A DNA stretch of 64,000 nt, from contig CM059432.1 of assembly GCA_030390025.1 (NCBI GenBank), positions 80,912,001 through 80,976,000 of the forward strand, in the 5' to 3' direction. Source of the stretch: Squalus acanthias. Lineage: Eukaryota. The stretch's first letter is position 1; every line of letters starts with the position of its first letter. The notes below the pieces were generated by a model. It had not been told where the DNA came from. It made no database searches and worked only from the letters and a program-made list of their open reading frames with translations. Below are positions 1-12,423 of this stretch, piece after piece. A program made the translations under genes and the position numbers.

Positions 1-119
1 TGGTTAAACCGGAAATAGGCCCGTTCACGGCAGGTTGGGGTTGAGTTTCATATTTTTACCGATTTTTAAACTTCCCCCCGACTCTCTCCCGCCCATCATG
101 GGAAGGTAAAAATTACCCC
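1..119. mobile_element. Right end of a Harbinger-type MITE, cut by the window edge
   Basis: Ends in TAAAAATTACCCC, matching the right terminus TAAAATTACCCC of the element at 886-1533. Confidence 0.5.
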
Positions 120-885
120 ACCCCCTCCCCGGGTGTTTGTGAAGTATTTTCAATTAAAGTATTTAATATGTTTTAAACTCAAAATGTAGCCACTACAGTG
201 TTAAACATTAGGGTAGGTGATGTGGAGTTGCAAGGTTGGAAAATTGGTTAAACAAATTACTAAACAAGAAAATCAATAAAATGGAAAGAAAAATCTTCTT
301 GTGACATGCCTTTAATTTAGTTTGCGTTAAAGCTTGTCCAATGTTTTCCTTTGTGCATTTTTAGTAGTTCCATTGCTTTCCCGTGGCAATGCCTTTGTTT
401 CAGTCCCATAGGATTAGTAACTAGTATACACGGAGTAGAATATGAATGTATTTCTAGATAACTGTATTACCATGGGTTTCTTGGAATAGATAATGCAAAC
501 ATCCTGCAGTTACTGGGCAGCAGTCTATCATTTTTGTGCTGCATAGAATGTATTAATGCCACATTGTGTGCTACTTATTTTGTGTCACTGGTAAAATAAA
601 GTGCTACTTTTCGACCATTGTTAACAGCAATGTATTTTAGTGCTCAGAGTGACAGGGGCAGGAAGATCACTTTTTTTGAGTTGTCTCACAACTAGCTGGA
701 TCCTGTTTTAAAAAAATTCTGCATAGACCTTGGCACAGTGGCACTAAGAAGGCTGCATCAATATTTTTTCATGTTTTAAACAAAGTAGTTCTACCTAACT
801 ATATTTGTGTTCTCCAATGGGGTAAGGTTGAAACCATATTTGATGCAAACCTTTTTGAGCATCCATTCAGTATTTCATTACTAAA

Positions 886-1533
886 GGGGAATATTAACTC
901 CTGGGCGGCAAGCTGCCAGTACGCTCACTTGGGAGATATTGGGGCTGAAGTTCAACTTGCCAGGGGTGGAAAAACAGGTGGTAGCAGTTTGGCTGCCCAT
1001 TATACATCTGACCAATTTTCCTTTCCATTAACTTCATGAAAAGAAAAATTGGGTGGGGTGTCACTACTGGCTGTTTTGCACCCCCGCAGAAACTGAATTT
1101 CACCTCCATTAACTGCTGGGCCTCGTTTACGTCCCACTGGCCAGCTTCCCGCCCAAAATTGTCGTAAAGAGAAAGCTGGAAAGCACTCCGGTAAGTTAAT
1201 GGGGGGAGGGGTTGGTAGGGTTTTACAGGTGGGAATTGGGGAGCCTGTGGCAGCAGAGACCCAGATCTTTTACAGCCTTCACTTCTTCCCCGACAGGTTT
1301 TACTGAGCCGGAGGCCTGCTTAGTAGGCCGTTAAAATAGCTATGTACATCATAGGACTCTGATTAGCATATATTAATGAGATTCCTGCCTGTGTCAGTTG
1401 GCTGCTCAGTTGCCGGCAAAAACAGCAGTTTCAATTTGCTGTGGGGCAGAAATGGGAGCGGCAAATCGAGCTGCTCCATTTTAACTCCTGTTCTGCCCAG
1501 TCTCCGCCGGGTAGAGGGGGTTAAAATTACCCC
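886..1533. mobile_element. Degenerate Harbinger-type MITE
   Basis: Imperfect TIRs GGGGAATATTAAC ... GTTAAAATTACCCC around a GC-richer ~650 bp body in AT-rich flanks. No clear TSD. Confidence 0.55.
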
Positions 1534-3210
1534 TCGAGTGTTAAGTAAAAATGGAACTTGGTGCTATTTCAGTGAATAGTTCAGAGTATATTTGCTCATA
1601 AAATTAGAAAATTGAAAACTTTAGAGCCATAGCATTGTAATGAGCTGGTAGATCTCAGCAATTCAAGAAGTATTAAAATACTATAGATATATGGATATAA
1701 TATATCTACTTGGTAATTTTTTTATTTAATCTAATTTTGGAATTCTTGGCACTTTTATGAATTGATTATTAATAATTTACTAAAGTGGAGAGAATTATCT
1801 GATATTTTCTTGACTGTCAATATCTGTTTTCCAGAAAATGTTGATCTGAACATTTGGGTCCATCTGTATGAATATTGTACATTTTTAGTTCAGCTAATAT
1901 TTTACTTACAGTATTCATTCATACATCAATGCATTCGCTTAATTTTGGTGGCTGAAAGCTGTGCTTATTTATAATGTAGTGGAAGGTAATATACAAAGTA
2001 ATCATTTTTGAATTAAACCTACTGAAGTAATTAATGAGAATAGCAGTGCAAGAAATTTGATAAATGAACATTATTTTCTTTGTTTATGACTTAATTACAC
2101 TTCAATATTAAGCTTCCGTTTTGCCTTAGTTGTAGTAAAATAAAACTGGTATTGTATTTAAAGGTTGTATTCCAGTAGTGAAACTTGTTGAACACAAAAG
2201 CATGGTGTTACGTTACATTTAACTTCATCTTCATTATAAGCTCCCATTGTATGGTCTTAGTGACTGAGCAAGGTCTACTGAAATCCTGTGAAAAATTCCA
2301 TTCTCTTTATCTTGGCATAATGGATAGTGTTAGAGAATTGACATTTTGTCTTTTGTTTCATATTAACATAACCATTTGATCAAATAATACATTGCCACCG
2401 CATTTTAAGGTTCTAATCTTTTCCTTCAACTAATCTTCACAGTAACTTGATTGTAACTAACTGAATCATAATTGGATCAAGCGAGGAGTTAATTGGCTTT
2501 TGCTGAATATATAATAGCACGTCAAGGCCTAAACATTTTCTTTTGTGGCTATTGTTTTTACCAAATATATTTTTACCACTCATTTTTTTAAATTATTTTT
2601 CTGCTTTCTGCCATTTGTTAACCAGGAGGAACGTGTAGGTGATCTATTCCTGTTCCTATGTATCCAGCCACTGGAAGGCGGTTGCGAGCAGTGTATATAG
2701 ATCTGTATTCTGAGTTTTCCCTCCTTTCTTGTGGAGAAGAGCTGTTGCTTGCCCCTTCCCATTATGGGTCTGGTTAAGTTTGGAAACTCACCACATTTTT
2801 AAACTTTTTTTTAAGATCAGTTTTACAGGGTTTTATTAGAATCTTCCAGCCTTGCTGAATCGGGTTCCTGCCAGCTGCTTGAGATCCACACACTTTGGGA
2901 ACCAGCAACAATGTAATACCAGCAACCGTGTAGGGATCGCTGGTTCTGTCCTGTATTTGGCATACTCGGGTGCAGTGGACCAACTTTCCTTAATTTTATA
3001 CCAGTCTTGATTCGTCTTTTTAAAACCCTTTCTTACTCACTAGTGGATCTCTCAGAGCGTTGCTCATAAGTTTTTTTTAATATTCGTTCCTGGGATGTGG
3101 GCAAGAACAGCATTCTCTTAAAGCTAGTCTGTCATTTTAGAAAGCAGTGTCAGTCCCTTAAAGGGGACCTGCCTTCTAAAATGAAAAAATTAAAAATCAT
3201 TAAAAAAAAA

Positions 3211-6200
3211 TGTTAAATTCGTTCATGGGATGTGGGCATCGCTGGCAAGGCCAGCATTTATTGCCCATCCCTAGTTGCCCTTGAGAAGGTGGTGGTGAGC
3301 CGCCTTCTTGAACTGCTGCAGTCCGTGTGGTGAAGGTACTTCCACAGTGCTGTTAGGGAGGCAGTTCCAGGATTTTGATCCAGCGACGATGAAGGATCGG
3401 CGATATATTTCCAAGCCAGGACAGTATGTAACTTGGAGGGGAACTTGCAGATGTTGGTGTTCCTATGCGCCTGCTGCCCTTGTCCTTCTAAGTGGAAGAG
3501 GTCGCAGGTTTAGGACGTGCTATCGAAGAAGCCTTGGCAAGTTGCTGCAGTGCATCTTGTAGATGGTACACACTGCAGCCACGGTACGCCGGTGGTGTAG
3601 GGATTGAATGTTTAAGATGGTGGATGGAGTGCCAATCAAATGGGCTGCTTTGTCCTGGATGGTGTCAAGCTTCCTGAGTGTTGTTGGAGCTGCACTCATC
3701 CAAGCCAGTGTAGAGTATTCCATCACACTCCTTACTTGTGCCTTGTAGATGGTGGAAAGGCTTTGGGGAGTCAGGAGGTGAGACACTTGCTGCAGAATAC
3801 CTAGCCTCTGACCTGCTCTTGTGGCCACATTATTTATGTGGCTGGTCCAGTTAAGTTTCTGGTCAACAGTGACCCCCAGGATGTTGATGGTGGGGGATTC
3901 GGCGATGGTAATGCCGTTGAATGTCAAGGGGCGGTGGTTATACTCTCTCTTGTTGGAGATAGTCATTGCCTGGCACTTGTGTGGCGTGAATGTTACTTGC
4001 CACTTCTCAGCTCAAGCCTGAATGTTGTCCAGATCTTGCTGCATGCGGGCATAGACTGCTTCATTATCTGAGAAGTTGCAAATGGAACTGAACATTGTGT
4101 AATCATCAGTGACCATCCCCACTTCTGACCTTATGATAGCGGGAAGGTCATTGATGAAGCAGCTGAAGATGGTTGGGCTTAGGACACTGCCCTGAGGAAC
4201 TCCTGCAGCGATGACCTGGAGCTGAGATGATTGACCTCCAACAACTACAACCCCCTTCCTTGGTGCTAGGTATGACTCCAGCCAGTGGAGAGTTCTTCCC
4301 CTGATTCCCATTGACTTTAATTTTACTAGGGCTCTTTGATGCCACACTCAGTCAAATGCTGCCTTGATGTCAAGGGCAGTCACTCTCTCACCTCACTTCT
4401 TGAATTCCGCTCTTTTGTCCATGTTTGGACCAAGGCTGTAATGAGGTCGGGAGCTGAGTGGTCTTGGCGGAACCAAAACTGAGCATCAGTGAGCAGGTTA
4501 TTGGTGAGTAAGTGCCACTTGATAGCACTGTCGACGACCCCTTCCATCACTTTGCTGATGATTGAGAGTAGACTGATGGGGCGGTAATTGGCCGCATTGG
4601 ATTAATCCTGCCCTTTGTAGATAGGACATACCTGGGCAGTTTCCACATTGTCGGGTAGATGACTGTGTTGTAGCTGTACTGGAACAGCTTGGCTAGAGGC
4701 ATGGCTAGTTCTGGAGCACAAGTCTTCAGCACGACAGCCAGGATGTTGTCGAGGCCCACAGCCTTTGCTGTATCCAGTGTGCTCAGCCGCTTTTTGATAT
4801 CACGTGGAGTGATTCACGTGGCTGAAGACTGGCTTCTGTGATGGTGGAGACCTCGGGACGAGGCCGATATGGATCATCTACTCGGCACTTCTGGCTGAAG
4901 ATGGTTGCAAATGCTTCAGCCTTGTCTTTTGCACTCGCGTGCTTGGCTCCGTCATCATTGAGGATGGGGATATTCATGGAGCCTCCTCCTCCCGTTAGTT
5001 GTTTAATTGTCCACCACCATTCACGACTAGATGTGGCAGGACTGCAGAGCTTTGATCTGATCCGTTGATTGTGGGATCGCTTAGTTCTGTCTATAGCATG
5101 CTGCTTCCGCTGTTTAGCATGCATGTGTTGCAGCTTCCCCAGGTTGGCAACTCATATTTAGGTACGCCTGATGCTGCTCCTGGCATGCTCTTCTGCACTC
5201 CTCATTGAACCAGGGTTGGTCCCCTGGCTTGATGGTAATGGTAGAGTGAGGGATATGCCGGGCCATGAGGTTGCAGATTGTGGTGGAATACAATTCTGCT
5301 GCTGCTGATGGGCCACAGCGCCTCATGAATGCCCAGTTTTGAGCTGCTAGATCTGTTCTGAATCTATCCCATTTTACATGGTGGTAATGCCACATAACAC
5401 ATTGGAGGGTGTCCACAAGGTCAAATAGGTTTTTTCCTCGTATTGGTTCTCTCACCACCTGCCGCAGGCCCAGTCTGGCAGCTGTGTTCTTCAGGACTCT
5501 GCCATCTCGGTCAGTAGTGGTGCTACCGAGCCACTCTTAGTGATAGACCACCCAGAGTACATTCTGTGCCCTTGCTACCCTCAGTACTTCTTCCAATTGT
5601 TGTTTAACATGGCGGAGTACTGATTCATCAGCTGAGGGAGGACGGTAGGTGGTAATCAGCAGGAGGTTTCCTTGGCCATGCTTGACCTGAAGCCATGAGA
5701 CTTCAATGTTGAGGACTCCCAGGGCCCCTCCCTCCCAACTGTATACCACTGTACCGCCACCTCTGGTGGGTCTGTCCTGCCGGTGGGACAGGACATACCC
5801 TGGATGGTGATGGAGGAGTCTGGGACATTGGTTGAAAGGTATGATTCTGTAAGTATGACTATGTCTATGACTAGTCTGTGGGACAGCTCTCCCAATTTTG
5901 GCACAAGTCCCCAGATGTTAGCGACCTTGCAAGGTCGACTGGGCTGGGTGTGCCGTTGTTGTGTCTGAAGCTGGTACCGAGGTTGATGACGGGTGGTCTT
6001 TCCGGTTTTATTTTTATTATTGCTTTTTGTAGCGGTTTGTTACAACTGAGTGGCTTGCTAGGCCATTTCAGAGGGCAGTTAAGAGTCAACCACATTGCTG
6101 TGTGTCTGAAGTCAGACTGGGTAAGGATGGCAGATTTCCTTCCCTGAAGGACATTAGTGAACCAGATGGGTTTTTACGACAATCTGATTGTTTCATGGTT

Positions 6201-6339
6201 ACCATTACTGACATTATTCCAGGTTTATTTAATTAACTGATTTTAAATTCCCCAGTTGCCATGGTGGGATTTGAACTCACGTCCCTGGATCATTAGTCCA
6301 GGCCTCTGGATTACTAGTCCATAAGCACTATGCTACCGA
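3211..6339 (-). mobile_element. Near full-length decayed CR1-group (Zenon-like) LINE with a tRNA-derived head and no ORF1, copy 1
   Basis: Frameshifted APE endonuclease (DIVILTESYL, TTYRPP) and RT (GVPQGSVLSP, FINDL, YKAQVRSVMEY) in ORFs 3520-5904. The 5' end has an A-box-like GGTAGCATAGTG and B box GAGTTCAAATCCC (6266-6278, minus). Colinear with 21472-24698. Confidence 0.88.
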
Positions 6340-6829
6340 TTTGGAAGATATACTGTATTATAATAGGGGCCTGCTAAGCACTGAGAGGAAGTATCACTTG
6401 CATGTGGGAAGCAACGCTTTCTTTATCAACACTGATGTTTGAGCATCTTGGTCTGTGTACAGAGTTGTGGGTGCCAGTCACCTCCCTATGGTGCCTGAGC
6501 TCCCTGCACAGCTCCTCCTTTATTCTTCATATAACAACGTAAAGTGAAATGACATTGTTATCTGTGGTGAATGTATTGAGATTTTAAAAAAGTGAAAGTC
6601 CACAACTCCGATTAGAAAGGTTAAGCTGGAAAAAACAAAAGAAAATTAATTTTCAGCAGTAAAATTTTGCCTAATAAACCATCTTCAGAAGATGGCCTTT
6701 GCACTTTTGTCGGTACTGCTACCTAACAACCACTAAGCATTTTTTATACCGGCATTCATTACAGCAGGCAGGCCACAAGTGGCAAGGGAGGAGAATGAAA
6801 TGTAAACTTTAATGGGGTGTTTAATGGGT

Positions 6830-7233
6830 AAGGTAGCCTAGTGGTTGTGGGACTGGAATAGCAACAGAGATTGATTCAAATCCTACCATGGCAATTTGTG
6901 AAATTGAATTCAGTAAGCTTGGTAATTTGTGGGCTAGCATCAGAAGATAACCATGAAAAGCTTTCAGATTGTTGTTATAACTGCCTCACTAATTTCCTGC
7001 AGGGAATGGAACTTGCTACCCCCATCTGGTCTGACCGACATGTGTCTCTAGTCACGCAATATGTGATTGACTCTTACTGCATTTTGAAGTGGCTACTACA
7101 AAACCGAACAATAAGCACCATCACTGAAAGGACTGCAGCAGTTCAAGGAGCAGGTTTCTCTAACCACCAACTTGTCTCATCAGCGAGGCATAGGCAATAA
7201 ATGCCAGCATCATCCACATCCCGAGAACAAATT
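6830..7233 (+). mobile_element. Old tRNA-derived SINE sharing head, body and 3' tail with the Zenon-like LINE
   Basis: Starts GGTAGCCTAGTGG...GATTCAAATCC. The body (ATAACCATGAAA..CTCACTAAT..CAGGGAATGGAA..GATTGACTCTTACTGC) matches the LINE 5' UTR. The end (GGACTGCAGCAGTTCAAG..GCAATAAATGCCAGC..CCACATCCC) matches the LINE 3' end. Confidence 0.75.
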
Positions 7234-7970
7234 ATAAACAACTATTTATAGTTCAGCAGGTACAGCTGCCTATCCACATTGTACTCAGAGGAAAATTGGA
7301 ACTGTAGTTTTTACAAGTGGGGTTTTAGCACTACGCCTCCCCAAACCATGTTCCTCTTTGTCAGCAATGAATCTGCTGGAAAATGGACAGTAGACATGAA
7401 CATTTTCGAGGTCATTTAATGTAAAACAAAAAAAATGAAATGAAAGATCTGGGCTTCAGATGGAAGTTTAGCCAGTGTGTGGCTGTAATTTTGGTGGCTG
7501 CAATAAATGTGAGTGACTTATGGGGCACTGAGAGAGAAGTTCAAGAAATGTCACTGCCAGATTGACAGAAACTAATTGGAGCCCTAATATATACTGCAGC
7601 AGAGGTGAAGGTTAGAGATGAAAGCAATTACCAGGTAAACCCATAATTTTATTATTTGCTCGAGGATATTTCAAGATTATCACTGTGGAATTTGTGAACT
7701 AAAATTATTAAAATATTTTAACAAAAACAAAAATGCTTCCACTTCACTCAGTGAATGTTGTGAGTTCGGAAATGTTGTTTGATTTTTATCAATTTCTCTG
7801 ACTCAATTTTGTAAATACTCAGTATTAGAAGCTTACACCATTGGCTTTAGGTAACTTCACTGCCTGGTATGGATGGAGCTACAAGATCAGGATCATTCTA
7901 GAATTATGCTGTGTTAGCTACTGGATCTCAGACAGGGTTCCCTTTATTATCAACTAGCTTGCTAACACTC

Positions 7971-8575
7971 CGGGGAAAAATTTGGTTGCTTTGCACCTCC
8001 TGTTAGCGCCTGGGTGTAAAGCAACTAGCGACCAGGCGTGGCGCCGCTAACTCCCCCCCATGAAATTTAGTAGGAGGTAAGCGACGGCAGTAGCCGGTAG
8101 CGCCCCATGGCGCTGCGCCTCCGGCGATGAGGTCATGGTCATGCGCAGCGCCCCGCTTGCGCCCCAGCCACAAACTTGGCTCGCGCCCCCTGACCTACCG
8201 CCGGATGCTATGTCCGACAGGGTCAGGGTGCCGTGTTTGTGGCCGGGGTGGCCAATTAAAGGGCAGGTGCCGGGCGGCCAATTTTTTTTGGGCCGCCTGC
8301 CAGCACCTGCCCCGTCTGGCCTCCTGCTGCGGGATGCCAGCCAAGATGGGGCAGCCTGGCACTCCTCTTGAGTGTTGGGCTCTTTTGCCGGCACCCCGCT
8401 CCCCGGTGGTCCAGCAGGGCCCCAGTGCGTGCTGCGCTAGGCCCCGCCCCTTCAATCGGGGGGGGGGGGGGAGGAGGCCTGCAGTACCGCGGTGCTACGT
8501 GCTGGCACGCATGACACTGCTGCACGTAGCACCGCGATATTCAATGGGAGCGCCCCAAGAGGGAGGGGGAGCACT
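7971..8575. mobile_element. GC-rich Harbinger-type MITE arm, one TIR only
   Basis: Starts GGGGAAAAATTTGGTTGCTTTGCACCTCCTGTTAGCGCC, nearly the reverse complement of the 56380-56416 terminus. Many GGCGC/GCGCC motifs. Confidence 0.65.
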
Positions 8576-9177
8576 TCCAGTAGCTGCGGTGATGTCAACA
8601 AGCTGTCTTAGCAGCCAATCAAAATGCAGAATTCTCACAGACCGGAACAAGGAAGTGAGTAAGCTCTTAAAATTCTAACTTTGGGCAAAAGGCAAACCTG
8701 AAATAAAGATGAACAATTTAAAAAAAATAAATAAAAAAAAAAATTTTTTTTTTTTTAAGTTTCTTAATTTTAATATTTATTAAAATGGATAAATTTGACA
8801 CTGCACAAAATTAAAATTAGTTTTCAGGACCATAACATTTGTTTAGCAGTCAGTATGCTGTTAAAACCCAATTTACACCTAATCCCTTTGGGTCTAACAT
8901 TTTTAGTGGGGAATTTAACAGCGGTATTACTGCGGAAGAGCCAATGTTTTCGTCAGTTTCCCTGATTTGAGAGATTACATTAATTGTCGGCTCTGTGGCA
9001 GGGGTGGGGTTGGGGTGGGGGGGAGTGCACTGTGCAGCCTGTGTCGAAGCAGTGAATGACAGACCGCAACTTCAGGATTTCCGCAAGCGCCAAGTCCCAA
9101 AGTTGCGGTCAGTTTCAAAGGCGGAATGATAGTGAACGCTGCCAGTTCGCCATCATCTGGACCGCAAATTCTGGGCC
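8576..9177. mobile_element. Right part of a Harbinger-type MITE related to 58939-59637 and 57400-58108
   Basis: Ends ACCGCAAATTCTGGGCC. Subterminal inverted repeat GACCGCAACTT...AAGTTGCGGTC. Confidence 0.6.
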
Positions 9178-9244
9178 ATTGTGAATAAATAAATATATCT
9201 CTGGAAGTGGCAGGATTATTTCAAACAAGGAACAATGAGCTAAT

Positions 9245-9962
9245 GGGCCAGAAATTCGGGTCTCCACGGGTGAGTACGCGCTGGGTACTCACCCGTAGAC
9301 CCAACGAAAGTGCCGGTTTCGCGCATGCGCTGGAAACCAGAACTTCCGTTCCCCTGAAGGAAGGGGTTCAGAGGTCGAACATGTGCGCCGGAGAGGCAGC
9401 GCGTAGACCTCGAACTTCATTTTTTTTTCAGGTTTCTCCGTGAGGGTAAGTACAGAGAAGCTGCGTGGGGAAAAAGGAGGCGCAAGGCCTGCTTTTAACA
9501 AGGTAAGTGGTGAATTAAGTACAATTTAAACATTTTTTCAACAGGTTTATCTTTTTTACATACTTTAAAGAAAGGTAAGTTTATTTTTAGCACTGTTAAA
9601 AAGTGTAATTAATTTTTTCAAAAATTTACATTTTTGTTTAAAGTAGTTAATTTATGTAATTTATAGTTATTTTAAAAATGTGATGGTTTTTAAAAAATTT
9701 ATTTTAAGTTTTAGTGAGGTTTTGGGGCCGATCTCTATTCATAGATTTGACAGGTCTTCCTGGCTCTCCATGGCCCACGTGATCCCAGGGGACGCTTCGA
9801 ACTAACTGCGCCCCTGGGATACGCAAGCACTGCGCGCCGGCAGCTGGAGGAGGCCCAGGAGCCGAATTCCACGCGGGCCCGAAGCACAACGGCAGGCGCG
9901 GTATGTAAGTACGTGCGCGATTCTTGCACCCGCAGGAAGTCGGAGAGCCAAATTTCTGGCCC
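9245..9962. mobile_element. Harbinger-type MITE, family A
   Basis: Perfect 12-bp TIR GGGCCAGAAATT/AATTTCTGGCCC with flanks AAT/ATT. CpG-rich arms and AT-rich core. Homologous to 40375-41118. Confidence 0.85.
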
Positions 9963-10319
9963 ATTGTAACATCTATTTTGCTAAATTTTCAAAATGCATA
10001 CTTCATAGTTGCACCATAGATCGGATAGTACAGCCCATAATCAAATCATTTCAGCTTCTATTACATGATGGAATAGAAAATGTTAATGGAATTTCAAAGC
10101 AGCAAAGGGCATTATGTTCTCTAAGGGTTTTTTTTAAATTAGTGATAGATCTCTAAAGCTGTCACTTCTGTGTGAGAGGGGAAGGAATACTTCGATATTT
10201 TTTTCTGAAAGAAACTGTTATTTTGAGACAAATCTTACAAGGTTTTGTTTTTGTTTTTTCCAAATGCAGTAGTAATCTAAATAAATCCAACAAGGAAAGC
10301 GCATGAAAAGTGGCCGCTG

Positions 10320-10500
10320 ATCTAATGAAAGTGTGGATTAGAGTTTTGTGGCAAAGAGAGAGAGGTAGGCACACAAGATAGGAATGGAACCAGGAGAGCA
10401 AAGTGCTAGGAAGGTGAACTACGGAGAAGATGTGGTGAAGCAAAATTGAATGGTTGACCATGTTGGCAGACATGGGAGAGGAGGTTAGGTAATCCTGTAG
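10320..10500 (-). mobile_element. L2 LINE RT relic
   Basis: Translation NMVNHSILLHHIFSVVHLPSTLLSWFHSYL and KTLIHTFI resembles L2 RT segments (DTVDHxILL..LxWFxSYL; ETLIHAFV). Confidence 0.5.
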
Positions 10501-12394
10501 AACCAGGAAAGACCTGTACAAAGGACAGCAAGCTGTTGTGTAAACCGATCTGCTATGCCACTCTATTAACTTGTTTCATCAAAATCTTGTTTTGTGGACT
10601 AACCTGGTAAATTGTCTTGGAAAATTGTGTACCAGAAGACAGCTCCTCTTTAGAAAGACAGGCCGAGGACAAATTGCAGGCTGCACATGCGTATGTGATT
10701 CATTGTCAAGGAAGAAACAGAGAACGCTGAGCAGAGCTATCCCAGTAAAATTAGGTCACTGAAAATCAGTTTTATAAAATATTGCAAAGCGGTGAATGAC
10801 ATTTACACCTAATATACTGAAATAGCTTTTATGCTATTTGCCTAAAATACTACAAAAAATTAAATGTAAGCTAATTTTCAAAGATCTTTAATGTTTAGTT
10901 TCAACGATACAAAAACATTTCAATTGCTGAAGCATTTCTGTGCAACACAAATTATAAAATCAACAGTGACAAGCTGACCAACCCGAAAGCATGGAAAACA
11001 ACTTGGTAAATCAGTCCATTAGTAATCCTTCTGAGTGACATTCCCTCCAGGCAGTTCTGTGGGAGTGTAAGATTGTGTGAGAGAGAGAGAGACTGCTGCT
11101 GGTGCAGTTCATGAGAAATTGAATTGTTTGTAGCCTGCAGTCTAAAGATTCAACTAATGGCTTTGGGTTGTGTTTTATGCTCTCAAGTTTCCTTTTTATA
11201 GTCTGAGGATTTTAAGTATTTTTTCTCTCTCCTTTGTCATTTCCATAGTCTTTCAATAACTTAATAACTGGATTTCAAATATAAACTGTATAAATGTAAA
11301 CTCAACTATACGTGTGGGGCAGTTAGCCAGAATGTGCAACCTTCTGGAGTTTTCCATAAGCACACTGCTCTTTTTTACATTTATCTTTGCACACATGATG
11401 GATGCCTATCTATTTCCTGGGAAAGGAGGGGAACACTGTCCATTTTCCTTTTTATGCTCCTCTTTCATTCCTTTAAATTAACCAGACATTCTCTACTGTC
11501 TGCAAGCTGACACCCAGAATATGTGAGTGCACATAGATCTAAGCAAACTAAAGGGACTGAATTTGACCATGCTCATTGACAGAATGTTCCTCTGCATTCC
11601 CTATTCTGCATATGGCATTTATCAAAATGAATTTTACAAAACCACCACATCTTGCTTGGAGACGCGAGGCAGCACAATCAATCACTTTCTGCTATATCCG
11701 ATCCCAAGATGTGTCGGATTCAATAGAAAACCCTGAACATTTTTTAAAAATGGGCCCCTTTCTGTATACAGTGGCTGAGACCCATGATCCATCACAGTAA
11801 TGAATTATCAAAATCTTAATATTACCTATTTTCACAGTCAAAATATGCTCAAATATTTTGGCATCTCAAGCCACGTGTTTGTGTGTGTGTGTGTACATAC
11901 TGTATTTATATATACCTTTTTTTTTTAAGTACTTTGCATTTCTTTCATGCCTATTCTATTAAGCACATCTGACATGTACAGGGAACCATTTTCAAGGAGA
12001 TATGATTATAGCTTTTAAAATCATCCATTTGCATAGAATGTACAATACTCAAATATAAAGTGTTAAGTACAGATGAGTGAACTATTTGGAGACTCTTAGC
12101 AGCACTTTTTAAACAATAAAATAAGGGACTGGCGAAAAATAAGAGTCAATTATTTATGGGAATTGTCTGATTAACAATGAATATGTATGAAGGGAATATA
12201 TATTTTTATACTGCTCATATTTTATTGAATCAGTACCATCTTTTCTTGCTAAATAAAAGATATTTGTATAAAACAAAAGCAAAATACTGAGGATGCTGGA
12301 AATCTGAAATAAAAACAGAAATGTTGGAAATACTCAGCAGGTCAGGCAGCATCTGTGGAGAGAGAAACAGAGTTAACGTTTCAGGTCTGACCTT

Positions 12395-12423
12395 CTGACG
12401 AAAGGTCATCGACCTGAAACGTT
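12395..12423 (+). ncRNA. Minimal hammerhead ribozyme core, disrupted at the predicted cleavage site
   Basis: CTGACGA-A-AGGTC-ATC-GACCT-GAAA-CGTT, followed directly by a MITE. Confidence 0.7.

Noticed and set aside
2580..2990. Short ORFs, a possible acceptor at ~2625 and a CTCF-like CCACTGGAAGGCGG
   Set aside because: Early stops, no recognisable protein and only a loose motif match.
8047..8678. Overlapping GC-rich ORFs up to 183 aa
   Set aside because: Open frames on both strands are expected in a GC-rich MITE arm, and there are no domain motifs.
10605..10758. Minus-strand exon-like segment (TTTTCAG ... CAG/GTTAG)
   Set aside because: Stop codons occur in all three frames near the start and nothing is recognisable. 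A non-coding exon cannot be supported from sequence alone.
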